Source: Eledone cirrhosa (lineage: Eukaryota). Taken from it: 64,000 nucleotides of DNA. Made by a program: the position numbers and the translations under genes. Location: the NCBI GenBank assembly GCA_964016885.1, contig OZ024740.1:249178001-249242000 (forward strand). Reading direction: 5' to 3'. This document shows positions 31,930 to 44,029 of this stretch, piece after piece. The notes under the pieces are model-generated. The model worked only from the letters and a program-made list of their open reading frames with translations. It was not told where the DNA came from and did not search any database. The number at the start of each line of letters is the position of its first letter. Position 1 is the first letter of the stretch.

Positions 31930-32035
31930 ATGGAGACGCAGGACACGGCAGCGATGATGAGGGACAGAGACCGCTGGAGAGAACTCGTCCATGGATCTCG
32001 GGAATTTTACCCGCCTTATAATAGAATAGAATATA
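31930..32035 (+). mobile_element. Short RTE-like 3' end with (ATAGA)n tail
   Basis: Encodes MMRDRDRWRELVHGSR, typical of an RTE C-terminus, followed by atagaatagaat. Confidence 0.45.
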
Positions 32036-32049
32036 TAATAATAATACTC

Positions 32050-32420
32050 TCTGAAAACTAGGAATAGACCATTTACACTGCAATGGGAAGTAGTAGGTAG
32101 GGCCTCATCGTATAAACCACAGAATAAATTGTGTAATCTCTGTCTTTTAGAGACCTATACTATAATCTTTTCGAAACTAGACCTCCTTAATAGAAAGTCA
32201 GAGACATTTTCCTCGTGCCAACACCGATACCGTCACTCGTTCCATAACTTTAGACCTAGCTGTTAGTATATATCAATGTCAGATTTGAATTCCCCACCAC
32301 CATTAACACTTCACATCTAGGACTTATCAGCCTCCACAGCTACACACTCTTTGATCAGCTCTTTCCTCCACACAACACTTTGGTATCTCTAACATTATAC
32401 TCTGCAATAACTGTTAGAAT
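32050..32420 (-). mobile_element. Decayed CR1/L2-type APE endonuclease fragment
   Basis: Minus-strand LMVVGEFKSDIDI resembles the GDFN motif. Confidence 0.3.
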
Positions 32421-32865
32421 TAAACATAAAGTTGCCACCTTTTGGTATAACTAATATAGCTTAATTCTATTATATACAGTAATGAATATTTAATATGTAA
32501 AGACATTTAATGTAATATATAATAATAAACTATATATACATTTATATAATTAAATACTTAAATTAATAACATGTATATAAGGGATCTACCTTTAACACAA
32601 TGTAATAATAATAAAGTATATATACATTTATAATTAAATATATAATGTAATAGCATTGTATATAAGGGATTAATTTTTAAACAATAATGTATATTATTAC
32701 ACAAATGATATATCTATTTGGACATATAAACAGCTATACAATTTTCCATAACATATATCTTGTCCAGTAATGAATAGATAACAATCTTAAGGGACCTTTA
32801 ATGTATTAAAATAAAATACACTGTATTTAAAATCAAGTATAAATGTTTAGCATTATGTAATAGAG

Positions 32866-32974
32866 TTCAAATCCCGCCGAGGTTGACTTTACCTTTCATC
32901 CTTACGGGGGTCGATAAAATAAAGTACCAGTAATGCACTGGCTAATTGCTGGCCTTGTGCCTAAAGTAGAAACA
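32866..32974 (+). mobile_element. 5'-truncated SINE family A with 14-bp TSD
   Basis: TSD attatgtaatagag at 32852-32865 and 32975-32988. Confidence 0.85.
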
Positions 32975-33703
32975 ATTATGTAATAGAGATTCAATTGTAT
33001 CACATTATAATGTGTATTAGAGCAAAGATTTTGAATAACTGAATTTAATTAGCTAGTTACCTCCCCTTACGCATTAGCTCCCCTTACTCACTTCCGGAGA
33101 TTTAACCGTTGGAAAACCTATCTGTTGAACAACTATAGTCCATGAATAAGAATACAATAAGACTAATTTACAATCCATTGCTTTAACTAACATAAACATT
33201 CAATATAAACATTAACTAAAATATAATTCAACATATGTAATGGAAGAGACTGCAATAACTTTATTCTCCTCAACACACACAAATTCAAAAACTATCAACA
33301 TACTACGTCCACCATAGATTTTAATACACTACATGTTTGCTTAAAATACAGTATTTATTTATCTATATATGCATAATAACTTTGCTTATTTCCTTCTCAA
33401 ATATATGACTAACGCATGTACACTTTCTACACACCTGCATATGTATTGCTAATGTACTCTTTCTTTCTCAAAGCTCCTTTCTCAATGCCTCTTTAATTAT
33501 TAGACTATTCTCTTGTATTATCTGTTGCATGTATTCCACTCTGCTTTTAATTTGAATTTGAATGTTTGTACAATTCTCGTAAATTATATGTCACATCCAT
33601 TCCACCCTTTAAATACGAAACTGTTGCTCACAACATCAATATATATGTATCTATATTATTGTTCAGTTGAATAGGAGGTTAATTACATGACCAAAACATT
33701 GAT

Positions 33704-33755
33704 AATGCTCCGATGACTACAAATGAGAGTTTGGAAGAAACGATTGTCAGCTATT
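33704..33755 (+). ncRNA. Hammerhead-like motif with CCGAUGA core
   Basis: aatgct CCGATGA ctacaaa tgagag tttggaa GAAA cgattg TC agctatt; followed by a (TA)n tract. Confidence 0.55.
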
Positions 33756-33788
33756 AAATGATTTGAACACAAATTTGATAATTGTCTA

Positions 33789-33900
<112 letters not shown>

Positions 33901-34163
33901 GGAAAAAATGAAACGAAATTTCATTTCTCACTCTTAGTAGGGCTATTACTTAAATATAAGTATGTATACGTACATACATATATGTATACAGACGTATAGT
34001 AGTATGTATATATATACATACATGCACACATATATATATATGTACGTATGGATTCACCGAACATTTATTATAATGCTCGGTGTGTTTGTAAACAAACATC
34101 CCGAATTAAGCCGTACAGTGTCTAGCAAACATCGTTGCTCATTTGTTCAACCCTGACAAAGGA

Positions 34164-34206
34164 ACGCTGTACTAGTTTCAAGCTTATTAGCTATCGTCAG
34201 CAACGT
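34164..34206 (-). ncRNA. Minimal type I hammerhead (family of 22527)
   Basis: acgttg CTGACGA tagc taataa gctt GAAA ctag TA cagcgt. Confidence 0.75.
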
Positions 34207-34459
34207 ATACCTTCCTGCCAGATGATTGAACGTCTGAAAGTATATACTTTCCTTATGCATATTAACGGCTGAGCAGCCTAATTTGCATATCGAGTGAGTT
34301 AATCGGCCGGGGTACCGAAAACGATAAACGGAAAAAATGAAACGAAATTTCATTTCTCACTCTTAGTACGGCTGTTACTTAAATATAAGTATATATACGT
34401 ACATACACATATGTATACAGACGTACAGTAGTATGTATATATATATATACATACTACTG

Positions 34460-34492
<33 letters not shown>

Positions 34493-35035
34493 ATATGTGT
34501 AGGTGTGTATATGTATATATTTAAATATGTTCTACAGATGTATTTTTTTGTGGTTTATGCTTTGGATATATTCCAATGAATGAAATTTTTGAATTTTTTG
34601 AATTTTTTAAATGCTAACACGTTATAGAAAAAAAAATTAGGTTTTAACAGTCATAACTGTATGACAGGTTGAGTTATGATTTTATAACTTGATATAACAT
34701 AACATAAAATTCATGCTATAATTACACTAATGGATAATTAAAAATGTTTAACATCTTAACTTTATAACATTTCTTTTAACATCTTAACTTTATAACATTT
34801 AACTTTATAACATTTAATCCTTAGAGCTATCTTAATAATTATTATTGATCGTTAGCAATTTCCTTACGCTCTACTGCTATTACATATAAGTGATTATTCT
34901 TCGGCAAACTTTCATAAATTCCATGAGCTTAGAAATATTCGAATATTTTAAACTTAAACATTTTTTAAAATAATTAATTAATTAATTAATTAATTAATAA
35001 TAATAAAATTATATTTGTTTTTTTTAATAATAACA

Positions 35036-35780
35036 TTTTTTAATAATATATATTCTTTAATAATAATATATAGGTCTCAACTTTAATAATATAACATACA
35101 CATTTAAACATTTAAACTACGGATTGAATTGATAAATTATTAATTAAACATTTAATCAAATTTATTAATTAAACATTAAATAAATTCTTCAACTTAGCTT
35201 TATCCATTTTTTATTAGTATCTGTTATTGGTTGTTATTAGTATTCATCCACGCTATATTCTCTCTTCGCATCCTCCCTCAAAATTACGCTATTCTCACTC
35301 ACTAAAATATACTCAGGTTTCTCTCTTTCTTTCTTTCGTTTTTCCCTATTCCAACGGCTTAATTTAAATATACTGTTTTTTAATAATATATATTCTTTAA
35401 TAATATAATTTTGAATAATATATATTCTCAAATAATAATAATATAATATAACAAACACATTTAAACATTTAAACTACGGATTGAATTGATAAATGATTAA
35501 TTAAACATTTAATCAAAATTATTAATTAAACATTATTAATTAAAAATTAGATAAATTCTCCAACTTAACTTTATTATTGTTTTTATCCATTTTATCCATC
35601 TGTTATTAGTTGGTATTCATCCACGCTATATTTATTTTCTTCGTCTTTTCTCTCAAAATTACGCTATTCTCTCTCACTAAAATATACTCAGGTGTCTCTC
35701 TTTCTTTCTTTTTTTCCTCCGATTTTTCTCTTTCTTTTCTTTTTTCCCTATTCCAACGGCTTAATTTAAATATACTGTTT
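35036..35780. repeat. AT-rich tandem duplication (about 340-400 bp) upstream of a Naiad-family pLTR
   Basis: 35036-35375 recurs at 35376-35780, e.g. aaactacggattgaattgataaa and cctattccaacggctt. Confidence 0.65.
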
Positions 35781-35931
35781 TAAACCTTTCCAATACTAAT
35801 TTGCATAATAAACCAACAATAAATCTAATAACTCCACTATCCAGGAGATTCCAACCAGAATGGTTGCATTTTTAAGGGTATGTCAATATTTATTTATAAA
35901 ACTAACCTATATTATATTTTATCTGATGAAA

Positions 35932-36124
35932 AAGGGGCGGTGGATTGGCAGTATCGGTGGAGTGTCGGACGCCATGCTTTCCAGCATAGTTACGTTGCTT
36001 TGAGATCTGAGTTCAAATCCCGCCGAGGTTGACTTTGCCTTTCATCCTTACGGGGTCGATAAAATAAAGTACCAGTAATGCACTAGTTAATTGCTGGCCT
36101 TATGCCTAAAATAGAAACAATTAC
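35932..36124 (+). mobile_element. SINE family A inserted at a hammerhead core, 16-bp TSD
   Basis: TSD attttatctgatgaaa at 35916-35931 and 36125-36140. Confidence 0.88.
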
Positions 36125-36189
36125 ATTTTATCTGATGAAAGCGCACCATAGTTTGCTTTGGTGGCCCTTGAAATATGTATAATGAAATA
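36125..36189 (+). ncRNA. Type I hammerhead, Naiad pLTR family
   Basis: tta t CTGATGA aag..acca..tggt..ctt GAAA tatg TA taa. Confidence 0.68.
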
Positions 36190-36248
36190 AATATGATTTT
36201 ATAAATATAGTTTCCATTTGTTAATATATTGTATATATATATATATAT

Positions 36249-36290
<42 letters not shown>

Positions 36291-36413
36291 GAATATAGAC
36301 ATAGAATATTCGAAAATATTCTGTATGTTTATAATAAACATTTTGAAGACCTAATCGCTATAGAATAGAATACGTCACGTATTACAATTAGATTCTCGAT
36401 AAAAGCAAGGGAA

Positions 36414-36456
36414 GTAATCTACGCGTTTCATTCTCGTTAGAACTCATCAGGACTAC
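36414..36456 (-). ncRNA. Hammerhead in the inverted partial unit (36291-36556)
   Basis: Exact reverse complement of 36663-36705. Confidence 0.85.
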
Positions 36457-36556
36457 ATATCCAGTGCTTTTATCGAGAATGACACAGCTAGAGACTTATA
36501 GAATACTTAGCTGTGTACAGGAACTGGTTTGAAAGAGCGGTTGCCGGTCCGGCAGA

Positions 36557-38103
36557 CTAATTTCTGCCGGACCGGCAACCGCTCTTTCAAACCAGTTCCT
36601 GTACACAGCTAAGTATTCTATAAGTCTCTAGCTGTGTCATTCTCGATAAAAGCACTGGATATGTAGTCCTGATGAGTTCTAACGAGAATGAAACGCGTAG
36701 ATTACTTCCCTTGCTTTTATCGAGAATCTAATTGTAATACGTGACGTATTCTATTCTATAGCGATTAGGTCCTCAAAATGTTTATTATAAACATACAGAA
36801 TATTTTCGAATATTCTATGTCTATATTCACATATATATCGCTATTTCAGAGCATTTATTCCAATTTCTAATTTCTGCCGGACCGGCAACCGCTCTTTCAA
36901 ACCAGTTCCTGTACACAGCTAAGTATTCTATAAGTCTCTAGCTGTGTCATTCTCGATAAAAGCACTGGATATGTAGTCCTGATGAGTTCTAACGAGAATG
37001 AAACGCGTAGATTACTTCCCTTGCTTTTATCGAGAATCTAATTGTAATACGTGACGTATTCTATTCTATAGCGATTAGGTCTTCAAAATGTTTATTATAA
37101 ACATACAGAATATTTTCGAATATTCTATGTCTATATTCACATATATATCGCTATTTCAGAGCATTTTTCCAATTTCTAATTTCTGCCGGACCGGCAACCG
37201 CTCTTTCAAACCAGTTCCTGTACACAGCTAAGTATTCTATAAGTCTCTAGCTGTGTCATTCTCGATAAAAGCACTGGATATGTAGTCCTGATGAGTTCTA
37301 ACGAGAATGAAACGCGTAGATTACTTCCCTTGCTTTTATCGAGAATCTAATTGTAATACGTGACGTATTCTATTCTATAGCGATTAGGTCTTCAAAATGT
37401 TTATTATAAACATACAGAATATTTTCGAATATTCTATGTCTATATTCACATATATATCGCTATTTCAGAGCATTTTTCCAATTTCTAATTTCTGCCGGAC
37501 CGGCAACCGCTCTTTCAAACCAGTTCCTGTACACAGCTAAGTATTCTATAAGTCTCTAGCTGTGTCATTCTCGATAAAAGCACTGGATATGTAGTCCTGA
37601 TGAGTTCTAACGAGAATGAAACGCGTAGATTACTTCCCTTGCTTTTATCGAGAATCTAATTGTAATACGTGACGTATTCTATTCTATAGCGATTAGGTCT
37701 TCAAAATGTTTATTATAAACATACAGAATATTTTCGAATATTCTATGTCTATATTCACATATATATCGCTATTTCAGAGCATTTTTCCAATTTCTAATTT
37801 CTGCCGGACCGGCAACCGCTCTTTCAAACCAGTTCCTGTACACAGCTAAGTATTCTATAAGTCTCTAGCTGTGTCATTCTCGATAAAAGCACTGGATATG
37901 TAGTCCTGATGAGTTCTAACGAGAATGAAACGCGTAGATTACTTCCCTTGCTTTTATCGAGAATCTAATTGTAATACGTGACGTATTCTATTCTATAGCG
38001 ATTAGGTCTTCAAAATGTTTATTATAAACATACAGAATATTTTCGAATATTCTATGTCTATATTCACATATATATCGCTATTTCAGAGCATTTTTTCCAA
38101 TTT
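36557..38103 (+). repeat. Tandem array of five 309-310 bp hammerhead-containing units (retrozyme-like)
   Basis: Unit starts at 36557, 36867, 37176, 37485 and 37794; units near-identical; ends in (TA)n. Confidence 0.93.
36663..36705 (+). ncRNA. Minimal type I hammerhead; identical copies at 36973-37015, 37282-37324, 37591-37633, 37900-37942
   Basis: gtagtc CTGATGA gttct aacg agaat GAAA cgcg TA gattac. Canonical core, palindromic stem III ACGCGT, GUA site. Stem I is extended by a perfect 16-bp helix (36639-36654/36712-36727). Confidence 0.9.
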
Positions 38104-38119
38104 ATATATATATACATAC

Positions 38120-38152
<33 letters not shown>

Positions 38153-38269
38153 CATATTTATATAGATACATACATATATATATATATACATACATATATA
38201 TATATATATATAATTACATACATATATATACATATATACATATATATATATACATATATATATATATAC

Positions 38270-38341
<72 letters not shown>

Positions 38342-38605
38342 AGCCACAAAGTGACCGGTGGCAAAACACGTATATGTATGTGTATGTATATATATATGTA
38401 AACTTTTATATGTAATAATCTCCCACTAGGTTGAGATACAAATTTGGCTGTATTGTGCTGTGCTTTCTAGCAAAAATGCCACCAGTCGTAAGCAACTACC
38501 ACACCCCTTCCAACTTGACCGGGACTACGTCACGATTTTTAGCCATTTTGAAATGAATTCTTGGCGCGATCGTTTTGGAAAATTTAATGTCTAGATATGA
38601 GCGAG

Positions 38606-38688
38606 CTACCTGAAGAATCCGGCGCTCGAGTTTATATAATTATTACATAATTATTGGAAAACTCAAAACACGGACGAAACTATGGTAG
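38606..38688 (+). ncRNA. Degenerate hammerhead
   Basis: ctac CTGAAGA atcc..gagttt..aaactc..ggac GAAA ctatg gtag; cleavage triplet is non-canonical. Confidence 0.4.
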
Positions 38689-38979
38689 AGGTATTTAAAT
38701 GTATTCTATTTTCTCCTAGTTTATTTTAAACCTAATTCTGCTTAGTTGACTGTATCTAGGCGATTACGCTGTCGAAATATTCGATAAATACTCCGCTACG
38801 GCCGACGCGAAGCGCTAGTTTTGGTTATTTATCGGAGATTCCTTCATAGAAGCCTCATTCGTATAGCCTGGTCTATTCGATTTTTTATATAGTTGATTAT
38901 GCTAATTGGGAGAGGAAATAGTATATATTTATCTTGTGATTCTATAGACATGTTTTATGATATACATATATATATATAT

Positions 38980-39043
<64 letters not shown>

Positions 39044-39453
39044 TTTCTCTCTCTCTCTCGTCTGCGTCTTCACAGAACTTATGTTTACCGAATTCGCAGA
39101 CCAGACCCCTTCTTCTTCCTCCCGTTAGACCTGTGCGAAATTCCTTCCTTGCTCACATTTCAACCAGGTCTGATGGTCTTTATTCTCTAGTTCACGATTT
39201 TATCGAGTTTATATTCATAGAAATCTGGGACTTGTCTCTTTCCTCTCACTTTCTGTTGCTTAAACCATTTTGTTTGTTCACCCTAACGTTCTCTTTATTT
39301 ACGTGTCCCAACGACTTTTTTTAGCCGTTGTTCGCACCAACCTGAGGTATATGGCCCTTAAAGCGATGAAATGCCTAGGACGGTTGGAGGGTCACTGATG
39401 AAGGACTCACTTTTTTATATGTAACCCATTTGCAACGCCGCAGCTCCATTATT

Positions 39454-39505
<52 letters not shown>

Positions 39506-39542
39506 CATATATATACATATATATATACATACATATATATAT

Positions 39543-39699
<157 letters not shown>

Positions 39700-39884
39700 G
39701 ATAAATCTACCAAGAGTTTACGGTAGTGTCCAATCCGTATGAAGAACTCAATGTATTCCGGATATCATGGAAAGAAGAAATGTAATGAAAAATCACTTTC
39801 GGTGAAAGATAAACGGTATACAGAGTCAAGATAAAATATTAAACAAATAATGAATAAACAATTCCTTATATTAAACAAAAAAAG

Positions 39885-40038
39885 TTCATTATTTAACGAT
39901 CGTTTCTAGGATATATATGTGTTATAGTTGGCATGCATATTCAACAGATCTATGTACAAAATTATACAAAATTATACAAACTATCAAGATTAAATATACA
40001 TACCAACACATATATACGCCGTCTTCAGAAATAATGAA
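39885..40038 (-). ncRNA. Long-stem-II hammerhead (inverted copy of 41721-41874)
   Basis: Reverse complement of 41721-41874. Confidence 0.65.
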
Positions 40039-40748
40039 ATATATTTATTGATAATAACAACAATTCAAACTTTCAGGTCCGTTTGGGAACAAAATTGACC
40101 AATGAAAATACAAAAGGTTTAATGCCGTTCGGTGTGTGTATATACATGTAATAACCCTTACACATATTTTACAAAAATATATGCACAACCTGTATACTCA
40201 TACAAAAAGGATGGATGCAAATACAAAATTTCAAGGTTAATGTCTCTGTAAGTTTATAATGCACAGATAAGATGCGTATAGATACATAAATATGAAAAAA
40301 GTGTATACACATATTTTCATACTAACACATATCCGTACAATCACACATACACGCGCGTATATGCATAAACATACACATAAACTACAAACATACAAACACA
40401 CACACACCACCACTCACATATATATATGTGGATATAAAATCCTAAGCACATGTATATGTTTCTCTATTTGTATATGTATATGTGTATGGGTATATACCTT
40501 TTTCTTTGTATGTCTGAGTTGTGTGAGAGTGTAGTGGTGTTTGTATGTATATACCGATATATAGATGCGTAAGTATTTGTCTGTATGTATGTATATATGT
40601 CTGTATGTATTTGTGTGTATATATAGGTATGTATGTGTATATCTGTATGTATATATGTATGTAAGTGTAGGTATATGTGTATGTATGTGTGTATATATAT
40701 GTGTGTCTATATAGTATGTGTGATTATATGCCTATGTATGAGTGTATG

Positions 40749-40825
<77 letters not shown>

Positions 40826-41037
40826 GTGTATTTATATGTATGTGTGTATTTGTATATATGTGTGTATATGTATATGTTTATATATGTGTGTGTATGTTAT
40901 GTTCTAAGTGTGGATGTGTGTATATGTATGTATGTGTTTGTATATGTGTATGTATATATGTATATGTCTGTGTGTGTGTGTATGTATGTGTATGTATGTA
41001 TATGTGTATGTATATATATATATAGATATATATATAT

Positions 41038-41072
<35 letters not shown>

Positions 41073-41720
41073 CTTGATATATTTCTTTTTTCTTTTTTCT
41101 TTTTTCTTTTTCTTTTCTTTCCTTTTTAATGTTTATTTATTATTTATTATTATTTTTTATTTTTTATTTTCTTAGTTTATAGATACATCTATATTAAGCA
41201 GGCAGCCCAAACCGTTGAATACTGACCTCTCCCCCCCCCCTCCCACCTAATTTCTGTATCTTTATCTAAATGTGTGTGCCAGTGTTTATGTGAGTGAATT
41301 AATATCCATGTGCTTAGGATTTTATATCCACATATATATATGTGAGTGGTGGTGTGTGTGTGTTTGTATGTTTGTAGTTTATGTGTATGTTTATGCATAT
41401 ACGCACGTGTATGTGTGATTGTACGGATATGTGTTAGTATGAAAATATGTGTATACACTTTTTTCATATTTATGTATCTATACGCATCTTATCTGTGCAT
41501 TATAAACTTACAGAGACATTAACCTTGAAATTTTGTATTTGCATCCATCCTTTTTGTATGAGTATACAGGTTGTGCATATATTTTTGTAAAATATGTGTA
41601 AGGGTTATTACATGTATATACACACACCGAACGGCATTAAACCTTTTGTATTTTCATTGGTCAATTTTGTTCCCAAACGGACCTGAAAGTTTGAATTGTT
41701 GTTATTATCAATAAATATAT

Positions 41721-41874
41721 TTCATTATTTCTGAAGACGGCGTATATATGTGTTGGTATGTATATTTAATCTTGATAGTTTGTATAATTTTGTATAATTT
41801 TGTACATAGATCTGTTGAATATGCATGCCAACTATAACACATATATATCCTAGAAACGATCGTTAAATAATGAA
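41721..41874 (+). ncRNA. Type I hammerhead with about 115-nt stem II domain
   Basis: ttcattattt CTGAAGA [cggc gtatatatgtgtt ... aacacatatatat ccta] GAAA cgatcg TT aaataatgaa; perfect 10-bp stem I. Confidence 0.68.
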
Positions 41875-41919
41875 CTTTTTTTGTTTAATATAAGGAATTG
41901 TTTATTCATTATTTGTTTA

Positions 41920-41987
<68 letters not shown>

Positions 41988-42644
41988 AATAATGGAGCTG
42001 CGGCGTTGCAAATGGGTTACATATAAAAAAGTGAGTCCTTCATCAGTGACCCTCCAACCGTCCTAGGCATTTCATCGCTTTAAGGGCCATATACCTCAGG
42101 TTGGTGCGAACAACGGCTAAAAAAAGTCGTTGGGACACGTAAATAAAGAGAACGTTAGGGTGAACAAACAAAATGGTTTAAGCAACAGAAAGTGAGAGGA
42201 AAGAGACAAGTCCCAGATTTCTATGAATATAAACTCGATAAAATCGTGAACTAGAGAATAAAGACCATCAGACCTGGTTGAAATGTGAGCAAGGAAGGAA
42301 TTTCGCACAGGTCTAACGGGAGGAAGAAGAAGGAGTCTGGTCTGCGAATTCGGTAAACATAAGTTCTGTGAAGACGCAGACGAGAGAGAGAGAGAAAAAA
42401 AATTCATACCGGCTTGGCCAAGAGTGCGCGAGAAAAGAAATCGGACAGGTCAAGCGGGAAGAAAGAGGAGTGGAGGAGAGGTAGTGACAGGGTATGAGTG
42501 AGTGAAAGTTGAGGAAGAGGCTAACAGAGAGAGAGAGTGCTAGAAAGGGTAAAGATACAAAGAGAGAAACAGACGGGTGGCAGCAGAGGAAAAAATATGT
42601 GTAAATATGATAATAATGGAGCTGCGGCGTTGTTGCAAATGGGT

Positions 42645-42738
<94 letters not shown>

Positions 42739-42778
42739 TAGAATTCACAAGAATCAAAGCTATGTTGAAAGCATTTAT

Positions 42779-42837
42779 TCACTTACAATTGTTTCATCCA
42801 CACCTAGGCTTGGTCTCTTCGGAGCATTTTTCAATGT
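42779..42837 (-). ncRNA. Hammerhead-like motif with CCGAAGA core (relative of 33704)
   Basis: Minus strand: atgct CCGAAGA gacc..ggat GAAA caattg TA agt; flanks homologous to 33665-33770. Confidence 0.5.
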
Positions 42838-43119
42838 TTGTACACATGATTGACCTCCTTTTCAACGCAAGAGACATACAGATACATATGTATATATAGA
42901 TGTACAGTGGAGTGACATATATTATATTATATCTGTAGAACAACTGATGTTATTACATTGAGCTATTTATCTTACTGGTAATAAGGTAGTAATAAATTAC
43001 TGACCTTCATTGTTTAGGGTTTAAAATATATATAACTATAAAAAGTTTTAGTATATACATAACCATAAATAGTATCCTTAATATTATATACATATATATA
43101 TTTACATATATATATATAT

Positions 43120-43150
<31 letters not shown>

Positions 43151-43181
43151 CATACATATATATATATACATACATATATAT

Positions 43182-43230
<49 letters not shown>

Positions 43231-43331
43231 TATATATATATATACATGTATATATATATACATACATACATAAATATATATACATACATATATACATACA
43301 TATATATATATACATACATATATATATATAT

Positions 43332-43387
<56 letters not shown>

Positions 43388-43412
43388 ATATATATATACA
43401 TATATATATATG

Positions 43413-43500
<88 letters not shown>

Positions 43501-43610
43501 TGTATATACATGATGATGGCTGCCCCCTCGTTATCGAGTATGGCCATTGCACGAGGAGAAAAAAAATATTAATAGATAAATAAAAAATAAAATAAAATAA
43601 AAAAAAAGAA

Positions 43611-43643
<33 letters not shown>

Positions 43644-43699
43644 TATACATATATACACACATATATATATATATACATACACACATATACATTAATAAC

Positions 43700-43888
43700 A
43701 ATAATAATGTTTCTACTTTAGGCACAAGGCCAGCAATTAACCAGTGCATTACTGGTGCTTTATTTTATCGACCTCGTAAGGATGAAAGGCAAAGTCAACC
43801 TCGGCGGGATTTGAACTCAGATCGTAAAGGGACGTAACTATGCTGGAAAGCATGGCGTCCGACCCTATATTGATACTGCCAATCCACC
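43700..43888 (-). mobile_element. SINE family A within a (TAA)n tract
   Basis: Reverse complement of the family consensus; (AAT)n on both sides. Confidence 0.88.
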
Positions 43889-43938
<50 letters not shown>

Positions 43939-44029
43939 CAATAATAATATACATATACATATATATATACACACACACGCGCACAGATAAACATATCTAT
44001 ACACACACACACACGATAGCAACTAACAG

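Noticed and set aside
36557-38103. CRISPR-like array
   Set aside because: Contiguous identical 309-bp units, no unique spacers, no cas genes, eukaryotic context.
39335-39450. Hammerhead around CTGAGGT..GAAA and CTGATGA (mirror at 41990-42110)
   Set aside because: No consistent three-stem fold with GAAA and a UH site; at best decayed.
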